DNA from: Chrysomallon squamiferum
Taxonomy: Eukaryota > Animalia > Mollusca
DNA length: 64,000 bases
Assembly (NCBI GenBank): GCA_012295275.1
Contig: CM022673.1
Coordinates: 27,280,001-27,344,000, forward strand
Direction of reading: 5' to 3'
Shown: piece by piece, positions 27,636-42,200 of the stretch
Position numbering within the stretch: the first letter of the stretch is position 1
Layout of the letters: every line of letters begins with the position of its first letter
Notes under the pieces: generated by a model
The model's database searches: none
What the model saw: only the letters and a program-made list of their open reading frames with translations
What the model was told of the DNA's origin: nothing
Program-made: the position numbers and the translations under genes

Positions 27636-28936
27636 AAAAACAGCTATAATTCTGTTTTATAAAGTAATTTTAATTTTTTTTTTGTTTTTTTCTTATCTAT
27701 TGAATTATGAGTGGATACTCTTAACAGTTAGTAACTAAGTTACCCGCTTTATGAATATTAATACTGTATAATTATATTGTAAATATATAAATATTATAAA
27801 TATTCAAAACATGACAGTCTGACAAAGTACGTTAAAGTCACCATTAACATAACTTCTTGTTTACATAAAAAATGTGTGTCAGCTAATGACATCGGTTATT
27901 TTGCTGGGCCGCAAGGCACGTGCATACTTCGACTTTCTCGATAAATCAGCGCCTCGTTTGGGAGCGAAGCTGCAGTAAACAATCTTGTAAGTGTTGTTGT
28001 TATCCTGTAGCTGTTTACAAAGTGTGCACATTTCCTGCATGGTTCAGTTCCTGGTTACTTAGAAAAAGCACCACACCTAATAAAGTGTATGACAGACTAA
28101 CTAACTGGAAAAAATATCTTAATTGTTAATAATTACTGAATTATTGAACACCAACCAGAATATATTCAGAGAGGTAGACAGCGACTGCAACACAGTCAGA
28201 TATAATTCAGACAGACAGACACAGACACACACACACATACACACACATATATCCAGACAGACATACATATACACACAATCATTAATACACGTTAAACTTA
28301 ATTACTGAAAATACTGCTTGAGGTATTGAAGAAACCTATAAATAAACAGCTAGCCTACACGAGGGATAGAGATGGCGGGGGGGAGATACCGCGCCTATTT
28401 CTTTAGACTGTGACAGATACGTCATCACTATGACAGCAAGTGTGTATGTATCTGGCGACAAAGCTCAAGTAGAATATTGCATAAGATTATAAGGTGGGAA
28501 TATCAGTCACCAAGGTGAACAACAAATTTAGCGAGCAAATACACGTCGATGTGTTATTATATTTGAAACTGCGTTTAGAACATGATACCCTTGTACGTTA
28601 GAAAAATGCAGTCAGTCTTGAACACTCTCTGTCCAGTCCATGTTCTACAGAATGACAATCAAGTTTCCAGTTGTTGCCGATTTTTTTTTTCTTTCTTTTT
28701 TAAATATGTACATTTTTGTGCATACCGATATCACTGTTAACTTTTTTTAAATTATTTATTCAACTGTTTTTTATTTATTTATTTATTTATTTAATTATTT
28801 ATTTGTTTGTGTTTTTGTATTTTGCTACTATGCTACACATTCTTGAAATTTCCGCACAAGTATCTGGCTAACGTACTCTATTTTTATACTGATTTACAGT
28901 AAGACTGAATTAATGTATCTTGTTTTGTTTCGTTAT

Positions 28937-28980
<44 letters not shown>

Positions 28981-28988
28981 TATTATTG

Positions 28989-29029
<41 letters not shown>

Positions 29030-29944
29030 TGCTAATAACATATATTTTAAACGAATAAGAATGTTTATCAGAACTTGTCAGAAAAACAAACATTTCTCTG
29101 AGTGACCCATCCATTACAGTTAAAGTGCATACAAGCTAGTTATTATCATTTTACCCTTAAATGAATGAATAAAATAAAATAAAATAAAATAAATAAATAA
29201 AGTAAAATGCATCATTTACATATAGAATACGATATAGAGTTCCTATTAAAAATAAAAAAAAATAAAATAAAAAAAATAAAAAAACTGTATATATAAATTG
29301 CAAATAATTTTATGATAAATACATATTCAACATTATCCACTCTCACATAATTATAATCTTTGTCTTGATAATGCATGCAAATTTCTGTATTTAAATTAAA
29401 TAACTGTCGTCTGCTTTGGTAATTAATTCAACACATTTCAGTGTTAACTATCATTAGGTGTCAGTCATATGGGTTTTAAATTTCAAATTTTAAATTTTAA
29501 ATTTTTTTGTTTTGTATATAGATGACAAATGGCTGCCGTTTGCTAAGTGCTACGTCTGTCTATCAAAAAGGCTGGATACATCGACCACGCACGCGCACTC
29601 ACACACACACTCACATACTCACTCACATTGAAAAAAATCGATCTCGTGACCAGTTCACCTAGAGGCAGCCAGTGGTAACAGCTAAGGTCATCTCACTCGG
29701 CCAAACCTTCTTTTAATTTTCGTTTCTTAAAAGTGTTTTAAAATGTTCTCATCTTATTACAGAGAACTGAGTTGTAGATTTTAAATTACAACATCGAAAC
29801 CTACGTAATTGTGAAAATATTTATTAACAAGTTTAAAGCAAATATATTTTGTTATTGTTTTGTTTTGCTTTTCCTTTATTTTTTTTTTCTGTTTAAAATA
29901 TTTGTCTTCACTCATCTTGTAAAATTATTAAAATATATTTCATT

Positions 29945-29983
<39 letters not shown>

Positions 29984-30255
29984 ATATACACACATTAATA
30001 AATTGTTTTTTTATTATGATTATTATTTTTATTAATATTTTTTTCATTTGATGACATTAAAACACAAAATATGGTCGAAAATGCTTCTGGTTACGTAATT
30101 CTACTGTCAAGTTTCATTTACAGACGTGAAAGACTGTTAAAATTTATAACATTAATATGCATATTTGTACTTTTTATATACAGTCTTCTGACAATAGGAA
30201 CCATATGTCATTTATACCACATGTGTATGATATATTTCACTTTACTTTACTTTTA

Positions 30256-30301
<46 letters not shown>

Positions 30302-30413
30302 TTTTTTACTTTTTATTTTATTTATTTATTTTTTAAAATTTTTGTTATTATTACTATTATATTTTTATTATTATTATTACTATTATTATTATTATTATTA
30401 TCATTATTATTAC

Positions 30414-30465
<52 letters not shown>

Positions 30466-31116
30466 TTTATGTCCCAGAGGCAAACAAAGATCACATAAAA
30501 TTACTGGTTTCACAGATTAACCTAAATTATAAAATAATTAATTAAACATCCGGTTAATTTAAGCTTCGGGTCATTTTCGTATCAACACGTTTTTTGGTGT
30601 TTATTTATTTATTTTTATGTGCGCTTGCTTGTTATGACGTAAAACGTCTGATTGATTACGTCTCAAACTGAATGACTGGATGAATAAATACTTTTTAAGT
30701 AATTTTCTTGTTTAGTGATTAGGCGTCAAATATATCTTTAAATATTTATGGGGGCTATACTTAAAAGTATCCAGTAGTGGTATCTAACTTTACATTCAAG
30801 AGCGCACGCACGCACACACATACACAGAGACGAACGAACACACAAATATACACTTCGCCCACTCTATCGAATCCCAAGTCATCTCAGTTATTTAGTTTTT
30901 TTTTGCCTGATCTGAACAGTATCGAACTGCACACACGTTACTCAAAAATGTATCTTTGGTGACAAAACAGTCTAAATATATTCTACTTCTGTTTTTAATA
31001 TTTATTTGTTTACTTATTTACTTACTTTTCTTTTTGTCGACCAATATTAATTAATAAAGCATAAGAGCAAAACAAAATTTTTAAAAAAAAAACACTTTCA
31101 GTAATTGTCATGGTGA

Positions 31117-31388
31117 CAGTGGCGTGTAGAGGGGGGAGGCAAAGGGGCGGTGACCCTGGGCATCCATATGCGGGGGGGGAGGATCCAGTCAGAGAAAAGA
31201 ACTTAATAAATTTATTGATTTATATTTAGATCGAATAAAGTGTTTATTTTATGATTCATCTGTGTTTACACATTCGAAATATCTTCCTTTTTCATAATAT
31301 TTCTCAGTGCTAGGCCTTGTACTTGAGTCTTTGGGGCATACAATCAAGGAGTTGGACCCGGGCGTCACCAGACCTCTGTACGCCACTG
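31117..31388. mobile_element. hAT-type MITE (272 bp) with 8-bp target-site duplication
   Basis: TIRs CAGTGGCGTGTAGAGG / CCTCTGTACGCCACTG (14/16) flanked by exact CATGGTGA at 31109-31116 and 31389-31396. Confidence 0.9.
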
Positions 31389-31732
31389 CATGGTGAGATG
31401 CGCATTTTTAATGTCCGAATGAAATACACATTTGTGCAGAACCCATCCTCAGTACCGTACACAAATTAATATAAAAGCACTTAACTTGATATACACACGT
31501 TCTTAAACACACAAGTATTGATACAGACACAAATATACTGAGACATATTGACCAATGCTCTCTCTCAAACCTTCATACTTACACACTGACATACATAGTG
31601 ACATACAGATACACACACACTGGCGTACGTTCTGAGACAAACACATACACATACACTCACATACACATACACGCACACATACACGCTGACACACACGCAC
31701 ACATGTTACAGTCGGTTATTATCAGAACTTAC

Positions 31733-32287
31733 CTCGTACGCGTAACACATATTTATCGCAATGGATGCTGGGATCGCAGTCCACAGCATCGCGTGAGTCG
31801 ACGGCATCGACGACTCGTACAGGTACTCGTGTTCGAGGTGCACGACCGGAGGCGAGGTCGGGCGAGGATGGCGCACGTAATCTTTCATGCGCTGCGACAC
31901 GTACGTGCAGACGAAGAAAACAGTCAGAGTGTGCCTGCCCATCACGCAGTCAAAGTTCCACGCCAGGTTGCCAAAAAACACCAGGAAGAAATAACTGTGT
32001 CCAAGGAGAGTTCCAACTCGTGCAAGGTAGAGCAACGTCTTGATTTTAATTTCAAACTCCGGGGCTTTCGCGCTCTCCGAATGCGCACGAAGTCGAACGA
32101 CTTTTTCGCGTTCTTTTACGGAATCTGAATCGTTTTTCCGCTCGCAGGTGAAGTCATTATTATCATCGGGTATACGACTGTCACAAGAAACTGGATTTTC
32201 TTTGATTACGACACCGCACATTTGTTGAAACCTCTTCACGAGCTCTGGGTCTCGTAATCTCTCAATAAAGTCCATTATTACTTCCAT
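31733..32287 (-). CDS. SGPP1: SGPP variable first coding exon B (185 codons, intact)
   Basis: MEVIMDFIERLRDPELVKRFQQMCGV...WNFDC...YVSQRMKDYVRHPRPTSPPVVHLE...SMPSTHAM...YAYE|gtaagt; motifs C1 (Kx6RP) and C2 (PSTH); phase-0 donor. Confidence 0.9.
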
Positions 32288-34447
32288 AATAGTAATTATT
32301 GTTTTATAATAATATAATAATAATAAACAGCCTCGACAAATTAAAAATGTTTTAAAACAAAAACCTCCGCGTTTTATAGCTAGACGTGTGTTTTATACTG
32401 AATGAATATCGATACGAAAATACAAAATGTTAGCATGCATACGTGTCAGTATTTGAATATGCGCATATTTTTTTTTTTTTACATTATGTACATGTAGTCG
32501 AATGAAATATGAGCGTGTTAGAATTTGTACTGACAGATTACAACACTAAAATTTCTAGTGGCTATAGTAATTTATAATACTTTTGATATCTAAACAGATC
32601 TAGGATTGGATTTGAAAAACTGTCATTTTGATGTTCAGTGGTCCTGCCGAACTGCTGTAAACTTCAGTGCATGTAAATTAATATAGTTAATTCATTCAGA
32701 TTTTTGTTTTTTAATATTCTGAACTCAAAGAATAGCCATATGTTCAGATATAAACACAATAACGACAGTAATTCATAATCTTCCGCTAAGCTGTGTATGA
32801 AGGCAAAGAAATGACTTCTTCGTTCAGATATAAAACTGTGAGGTAAGAAACAAATTAAAAACGACTGAATTTCAATCGCTAGTCTTGTTTCTGTCTCCTT
32901 ACTGGTTTGCAATGCTAGAATACCGTGAAATGTTCTTAGTCAATATAAATTATAAACTGTCTCGATTTATTACGATGTTTATAGTTTTAGCTAAAAAGGT
33001 ATAATATAGAGAGTTTTTTAAATCATTTTGTATTGATAAAATAATTTCTATACAAGAATTTCTTAGGAAATATTAACTGTAAAAAGATAACAAACAAAAA
33101 GAAAACAACAACAAACAAACAAACAAAACAATAATCAAAAATGTCATTTCAGAAATTAATATGTCGTATTAACATTTGTTTTAAAACATTTTTGTTACGG
33201 CCATTTTGGATTTTCAGCCCATAGTTGTTTACATGGCAAACAACAGAGAGTCGTAATGTTATATATATATATATGTATGTATGTATAATAAAACAGAAAA
33301 TAACAAAGCTTATTACCTGTAGTTGCAAAAAAAAAAAACACGTATTTTTGTCTAATATTACAAAATGTGTTTTGAAGGCGAAATATCCATTAATATGGCA
33401 GGAACTCTTTTATCCTACTGTTTGGGGCAAACGAGTTTTCAGTTAAAAACACGACACTACATGTGATTTAAAATGCATTATAAAGAAGGTGGTTTCTTTA
33501 TATGTGTGTGAACGGAAATTACAGAACGAAAAATAAAAATAAAATAAAAACAAAAATAAAAAACAATAATAATTAAAAAAAAAAAAAAAAAAAAGGCTGA
33601 AGAATAAGTTTTAAATATGCAAAATAGAAATCTTAAATAAAAAATTGTGACACTTAAAGATGAGTAATTCACTTCTTTTCGGTCTGCGGTTTCTAATCAG
33701 CTGTCTGTATTGCCAACTGGTAGAACCAACCCAGGCTACCTATGTGTTAGATACACTTTCACATATTTTCTTCTATCGATTTATGTGCTGGTGATTTTTA
33801 CTAAAATTTCGGACCTAACTTTGTTTTTCTTGCTCACTGCGGTAATTAACCCAGAACTGGATCATGTCAACATACGCCATTTAAACCAGTTCACAAGCAG
33901 AGAGACCATACTGAGTTAATAATTCACGTTGCAAACATACTCAGTAGAAAGGTACGCACGCCAGCTCGTTTGAACTATGTATGTATATAAAATGTGGATT
34001 ATTAAAACGATATGGGATCTGTTGGTATGCACGTACATTTATACATAAATAACACGCACATCCAGACTTACATACATATTATGCAAACAAATATATATTG
34101 ATGTAAAAAATAAATCATAGATAGAAACACAAACAAATATGTTTGGCATAAATAAGTGCATACATACATACATACATATATACAAATATGCAAATACATA
34201 CACATACATACAAACATACATCGATACATACATAAATACATAAATACATACATATAAACATACATACAAACATACATCGATACATACATACACACACATA
34301 CATACATATATAACACACATACATCAACATCATCATAATACGAAGTATAGTAAATTATTTACTTTTGGGGAGGGGTGTAATATTAAGTTTAATTTACGTA
34401 TGAGATGTTCAGTATTTTGAGAAGGATTTTAAAAAAGATCGTCGTAC

Positions 34448-35104
34448 CTCGTATCTTGCACAGATCTTGACTGCCAACACTATCGGCATCGCTGTACCCG
34501 CCATAGCGTGCGTTGACGGCATCGCCGGCTCCCTCAAATGACACGTCTCGAGGTGAATAACGGGTGGAGACGGTGGGCGGGGCCACTGGAGGTAATCTTT
34601 CGTTCGCTGACCCAGATACATAACGATGCACCACACGATGACAGTGTGTTTGGTGATGAGGCAGTCCAGGTTCCACAGAAAGAACAAATAGAATAAAAAA
34701 TAGAACACTTCGTCCCCAAGAAACGCACCCACCTGAGCCAGACAGTACAAGATTTTGTATTTAATTTCGTATTCCAGGTAACAATTGCTTCCTGCGGCTT
34801 TGGAATTTGCTGCGGGTTGTACGCAAGGTAAATCACTGCGAGTAATCCTTTTGTCGCATACCACACCGTTGTTGTTGTTATTGTTGTTGTTGTTGTTTTT
34901 TTCGTAGTTATTCTTACACTTGTCGTTTCGATTTTTCCTCGTTTCGATTTGACGATGGGAGACGCCCTTGTCTTTCACCCCGTTTTCTGATCTGTCGTAA
35001 GTTTCTCTCACAAGCACACCACAAACATCTTGGAACCGCCGTACATACCGAGGGTCTTTCAGCTGCGTAACAAGTCCCGTAACTGCTTCAAATCCGAACG
35101 CCAT
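34448..35104 (-). CDS. SGPP1: SGPP variable first coding exon C (distal, 219 codons, intact)
   Basis: MAFGFEAVTGLVTQLKDPRYVRRFQDVCGV...LGDEVFYFLFYLFFLWNLDC...YLGQRTKDYLQWPRPPSPPVIHLE...AMPSTHAMAG...ARYE|gtacga; phase-0 donor. Confidence 0.9.
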
Positions 35105-35548
35105 CACTGCATCCAGTTTCAGTTAAACAAAAACATTAAATACGAATAACAACCGGTCACGTACGCCTTTTTTTTAAGGCCGAAACGTCACCCTAAAAAA
35201 ACAAATAATACGTGAACACGGATCACTGGCTGCCACTATAACGTGAATTTTATACTTCATCACGTGATCAATGTTTAGATACAGGGCAACGGCTCTTCAT
35301 TGACTAGCTACGGTATACCTGTACATTTTGTGTGTGTATTGGCAAATCGCAGTTTGAGGTAAATTGCTCATTTGGAAAATTAATTACTACCTGTATAAAT
35401 CACTATACAGTTTTGTTTGTTGTAAAAGGTAATAATTAATTCAAGGAAAGAAAACGAAGTAAACAAAAATACAAAAATCAGTTCACAATCTCGCGGAAAT
35501 GACATTTCTGTGTTAGATGTTAAGTTTCAGCAGCTTTCTTTTTGCCCC

Positions 35549-35653
<105 letters not shown>

Positions 35654-36345
35654 TCATTACAGGAGAATCATTTTAACAACCCCAAATAAAAACGGACAGA
35701 TGTATGTAAACAAACACAATATATAAATAATAAATAAATCTTTTGTGGTTCTATTTATTAAAGCAATCGATATCAACAGCATTTACCACCTTCAGTTATA
35801 AAAAAGTATAACGAGCACCGATCTGGAATGGGAAATATATCGATTTCTAAAGAAATATGTAGTTTGATCACCTGGGCGTGCCAGTAAATAAATACTAAAC
35901 ATCTTGTATTTTGATAGGCAAACAATGACAATACATTGTATTTCAATTACAATAAAAAAAATTACAAGGTTTTTACTTCAAAGGTTATTTTTTAAAATTT
36001 TGTGTCAGTCACCTTTTGATCGGTTGTTATAATTTACTATATCTGTGTGTGGCCTTCAAGTACGTCACGTGAACAGACAAACTACTTTAGCAAGTTAGTA
36101 AAGCACGGTTTATCAGTAAATATATGCGACTGCCCCATGAGGAAATAGAAGAAAACGTAACGTCAAGTTCAGCATTTCTGGGTTTATCTGGGACGATTTC
36201 TGTTGGTCACGATCGCACTCTTATCAATGAAAATAGTTATCGTCTAATGTTTGTGAGCCGCACGACTGGGTCAAAGGTTAACAGATCAAGTTTTGTAGTA
36301 TTGCGAAATAGTTGACCTGTTTTGGATGTTTAAATAAAAATAACG

Positions 36346-36415
<70 letters not shown>

Positions 36416-39292
36416 ATCTATTAAAATTGTATTCTTGCTGATAGAGATATATTCAGATATCTGAAAACACGAGAACGCTAGTTCATCATTAATATTATAT
36501 GAAATATGAACTGGATAGAAAGGTCTGCTTGTTTTTAAGTGCTTCGTAACTCGTTAAAAGGCGTCCGATTAAAAACGAGGAAACATGGGAGAGCACCAAT
36601 GTGACGTAAACGTACTTATCTTAAAGTCACGTTCTGCTCACAAACACGTGCTGGTCACACCACATGACGTCATTACATAGCTGCGGTTTCCTAACAGTAC
36701 GACTTTCAGTCATGAAATCTGGACTGCTCTGCTAAATATAAAACAAAACAGATGCATAACACACTTACATTTTCCAGACAATTAATCACAAAACTTTCAG
36801 TTAATTTTACGAGGAAAATAAGGCAAAGTTGTATAGGAACACGATACTAGACCTTTGCTCTGCCTTACGAGAGCCTCATTACTCAAGTATCAAGCATTAA
36901 CGTGTCTGCCTTTCTCCTGACTGTGGGAAGGCAAATATAAATAATATCTTGCAGCTAATCGGTAATATTTTGGTCTAACGCAGTAACTGTTAATATATAC
37001 ATTTTGTAGAATTATATTTCCAGTTAACATACCACGTACGTTTATAAGATTAATTTATATTCAATGATGCAGCGAATTGACATATACTCTATTTGATTCC
37101 CGCTTTCCTTTTTCTGAAGTCAGGTGAGCATCACAAAAAGTGATAGTGTCTCTTAACTCACATTAAACGAGTTTACTGTCACGAATTCTATAAACAATTA
37201 ACTTTTTGAATTCAAGTCTTTTGTTTCAAGTGTAACAGTGGCCAAACAAATAAACGTTTTAATAAAATTCTTTATACTTCCAAGGTTTATTAAAAATTGA
37301 AACATAAAAACTGGTCATAACGTCATTATGTACATTATGTAAATCGGTCGACCTTGTTCGTAGTGACGTCACGATTTCTTTAAAATGGAGTCGCTCAGAT
37401 AGTTTTAAACAATATTCTTTGGTTTCATATACTTCATTGTTGTTCTAGTTAATGGTGTTGTTGATGATGATACGAAAAAGTGTAATAACAATTTAGAATT
37501 CTAAAAATAATAACGTGAAATGTGTATTAATTTTCACAAAATTTATTCCATTCTGAATATTTTTTTTTATTTTCATAAATACAAAAACAAAACAGTTACA
37601 TGAAATATAAATGGAAAAAACGTTACTGAGAAAAGCAATTAAATAATTTGGCATTACAAAATGATTACTTAAATTTCCCAACAAAATAATTAAATAATTA
37701 TATTTTGATGACATTGTAATGAGTTGGTCAAATTCACTTTTGAAAACAATTTTTTTTTTTTAAACATTTTCTATTTGTAAATTATATATATATTCAAAAT
37801 AATACTGCCATTCTTATGAAGTTGAGTATTATTTATCTTTTGTCTGAAATAAATGTCAATATTAACTTCATCTTTATAATTATATTTACATAATGTAAAT
37901 CTGGATTTTAGTTATAAAGACATTTTAAATCATTTAATAAATAATAAATAAAATAAAATAATAATTTGAAAAATAAATTGATAACTTCACTGTTATAGTT
38001 TAAAAAAAAAAAAAATCATACAGAACTGTCACCAGTTTACATCAATACCACATTTAACAGACTAAATAAACAAACAAAAATAAGCAACAATATGGAGGCT
38101 GGGAAATTAAACTTTAAAATCAATGGAATGTTTTTGTTAAAAGATAAATACATTTTAAAAAATAGTTTTAATTCTTTGTAACAAATGTAACAGTAAAATC
38201 GTTGCATTTTCCTAAAATATATTTTTTAAACAGAACTAAGAAGACCTTTAAAATGCCATTCATGATTAATCTTTTGGCCCCATTAATGTAGTATACATGT
38301 ATAAAAAGAAAGCTCAATTAGAAATTTTAATCACTTGAAATTATATACCATATATGAGATACAGTCCATCTGAATTTGTCAGTGCAGTTTTTCAAATTGG
38401 CGCTTTTAGCATAACAACATTCAGCTGTCAAAAACTTTGAAACATAAAGACTTTGGTTCAGTTTTTAATTATCATTTTGATATTTTTTTATCTTTGAAAT
38501 CTTGACAGTTTTGTCCTAATAAGATTGGATATCAAAAAATAAAGTATTTAATACATCTAAAAAAAACAATTATGTGCGTGTATAACGTGTTAAACATGAT
38601 CTGTAACATGTACAGAATCTTTAACAATTCAGAGTTTGTACATTTATTCATCACGAACGATTTATTACTGCATGACTACAATTAAAACACAAAACTACAG
38701 AACAAAGAGAGATAACTCTTGCCAAAGAATTTAAGTGCAATTTTGTTAATAAGTGGCAAGTTTATGATTAATAGCAAGAAATAACAAATTCTATTGTTTA
38801 CCTTTCTGAGAAGATTTGTCTTAAGATCAAAATGTTACAATTCAAGTTGTATTCAGAATAAATCAATAGTGAGAAGGCATAATATTCAATTTCTGCTTCA
38901 TTCTGCATATTTTTTGTTTCAGTTTGTTATTTCTGTCATGCTGTAATTAAAGCTATTTCTAAAAATATATATCAGTATTTTTCTAACTATGTGCCACACA
39001 AGCATGGGTTGTATTTCCCCAATAACCAAACTTCTCTTAATATAAAAATACTAATAACTGCTAAAAATAAAATAGCATTAATATTTTTATATAAGCAGCA
39101 TACCGAACCCATTTCTAAAAAAAAAAAATCATTAAAATTTGCAGTAAAAATAAAATTTTAAAAATGTTTTAATAATTTATCTGTTTTGATACATTTTAGT
39201 TTTTCTTTGTGCTTTCAGAATATACCATGAACCCATTTAAAAGTTAAAAATTTCAAGTTTTGCATTTTTGTGTGCGTGTTTTGTTACTAAAA

Positions 39293-42200
39293 TTAGACGA
39301 TTATTTGATCGACAGAAATCACATGTTTCTTCACTGACTCGAGTCCGTTGACTACCGGTGCAGTGAGATTTACGACTCCCCACACTGAAGAGTTGGTTGT
39401 CGTGGAGATTGAAAGACTCGTAAGAACAGCCCCTTCTTCTGCTAGTCCAGCTTTAAAAAAAAAAAAAAAAAGATGAATGAGTAAATGAATGAATGAATGA
39501 ATAAATAAATAAATAAATAAATGAATGAATGAATAATAGTAAGAAAAAGAACAACAACAGCAACAACAATAAAAATAATAATGAAAATTCAAAGTGTATT
39601 TTATTTTTTGCATGCAGTATTAATTATTTAAAATACTTCATTATATTTAAGTAATATTTACATTTTATCATCTTGTAACATTTCATAATTTTAATTCAGT
39701 TTTATTCTGAAGCTATTATTTCATAACTACAATACTGGTACAACTACTTAACATTTGTAGAAATACCCAGCTACTATAAATCCACACAGCAGCAAAGCTC
39801 ATTAGAGTTATTTCCCTTGACAACATTCAGAAGAAATAAAAAATAATCACTTAACTGACAAATGTATACGATGCTTACACATCTGTATTTGTAGATTTAT
39901 CTACATTTTCATAAATAATTCCACCTACAAACAAACGCATCTATTTTACCCTTTCACCCATCCACTGTTTCACAGAATGTTATTTTATTAAAAATTAAAA
40001 TGTGCGACTCACCACAAACTAAAGGCACTATTTTAGAAATCTCGTTAGCTGCCTTGAAGATGAGCAGTGGTCCATTAAGGACAGGAGGCACTGAGAATGT
40101 TGTCCCCTGAACCTGTACCAAGACCGGCAGTGACCCAGTCACTGACCCACAGAACTGCCAACTGTCCTGTGTATTTTCCACCTTAACGATGACAGCATCA
40201 CTGCAAGGAACACTCACCTCGTCATCATGTGTTACATCAATCTGGAGATGGAGAAAGTGAGAACATCTTTAAGAAGTCTTTTTTAATTATGAATTTAATA
40301 TCTTTGTCAATTATATGTGGATGCCCTGCAATTAATAATGTCAGAAATTTTTGTTTTTTAATTAGCAGTGGTTACCCTTCCGTTCATCGGTTTTCTTTAC
40401 AAAATATGTTAAGAAATGTAAAATGTCTGTGGAAAATACCTGAATATTTTCAAGTCAACAGCTACTGTCAAAATATGAGTTAATAATCAAGTCACACCTT
40501 GGATAGCTGCTGCTGTTTTGAAACATTAAATTGTTCTTTTAAAAATATACCATTCCAAACAAATGTTCTTTTAACTAGTTTTGCATGATTATACATTATA
40601 AACCTAAGTTAAAATTAAACTGAATCACAAGTATCAATCTTATTATTTGTTTATTTTTTTTATCTTTATTTTAGGCCATATTAGTAGAGACAGCAGTGAT
40701 AAAAAAAATAAAAATGTAAAAAGTAAACAAATAAAATAAATAAATAATAAAACCAGTTACTTCAATTTTGGCTTCCTTGGCCAGCATTGGTGCATTGACG
40801 AGGTTGAGAGTGACTCTGTCACCTGAGTCTGAACGCTGTCGCATGTAACCAGCCAGGAACGAAGCATTCAGGTACAACTTGCTGTCCTTCAACCCGACAC
40901 CTGAAACAAAACCAGTTTTAACTTAAAGATACACCAACAGAAATCACTGGCTATAAACTGCAACTTACAATTTGTGAAATTAAAAATAAAACAAATAAGC
41001 TAAAAAGACAGTATTTGTACAAGAACAGATTTATTCTTAATTGTAAGGGTATAACCATCATTGTGATATCAGTAAGATTCCAGATAAACTGAGCAATATC
41101 ACAGAAAATAATTCATGGTTTATTAATTTAAAAAAAAAAAAAAAAACAAACATTGCATGTAAATATTTTTTGGTTGCAAGCATGAAAAGTCAAGCTATAG
41201 GTAGAAATGGTTTTTTTAACCAATAAAATATATTTTAACTGTGAAGTCATCCAACTCAATCTGCAAAAGTCTGTCGTTAAAAGATTACAGTTGTAAATGT
41301 AACACAACTGCCTGCAAATTCTTACCCTTGCTGGTGATGTGGATTTTTGGATCAGAATTACTTCCCTTGCACACAAGAGCGGCGGTCAGTGTACCCAGGG
41401 CCTGGGCCAGTTTCACCCATGGACGGACATCTGGACAGAGGGTATTTCTCAGAGCACTGGCATTTATCTGTGATTGGAAAGTATCGTAATTAGTTGTTTA
41501 ATCAGAGAACAAAAACAATACATGTAGAAGTAGTAGTAGAAATAGTAGTAACAGTGATAAAAGTCATGTTTGCAGAATAGCAGTAGCAGTAGTAGCAGTA
41601 GTAGTAGTAGTAGCAGTAGTAGTGGTAGTGGTAGTTGTTGTTGTAGTAGTTGTAGTAGTTTGTGTTAGTAGTAGTAGCAGCAGCAGCAGCAGTAGTAGTA
41701 GAAATGGGTGGATATAAGAGTTGTGAAAATGGTGTGGTAGTTGTAGTTGGAATAGTAGTGGTAAAGGTTTTAACAGAAGTAATAACTGTAGCAGCAGTAG
41801 CAATTATAATAATAAATATTAGCTTAGACCACTTTGTGACTGACATTTTAAAATATTTATTATTTATTACTCATCACTAAAATCAGATTAATGATAGACT
41901 TAAGTCATTTAAATGATCTACCACAATTAATAAAACCTGTCTGTTCGTGATCTGTTCCCAAATATCTAGGACTGGAGCTAGGATTATGACAACAGAAGGC
42001 TCAGTTTTCTAAATAATACGAGTTTCATTATGGACAAAAAAAAAATCACTCACTGCACCAAATAAACTTCTGCCCTGCACAACATCGACGAACTGCTGAG
42101 CAATTTCTTCAGCCACTCTACTCTGGGCCTCCACAGTACTGGCCCCTAGATGAGGCGTGGCTATCACCAGGGGGTGCTTCACTAGTGTGTAGTCAGTAGG

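Noticed and set aside
31598-32228. Plus-strand ORFs (176, 92, 62 aa)
   Set aside because: Antisense to GC-richer SGPP exon B; likewise 26548-26849 and 21167-21472.
27243-34447. Three complete tandem SGPP genes
   Set aside because: No exon 2 (SRxYxGxH) or ~190-aa exon 3 equivalent seen between the first exons; by-eye search, so heavily decayed remnants cannot be excluded.
40212-40217. GTGAGT donor-like site inside PHGDH exon 10
   Set aside because: The frame stays open through to the phase-compatible donor at 40013; no need to invoke an extra intron.
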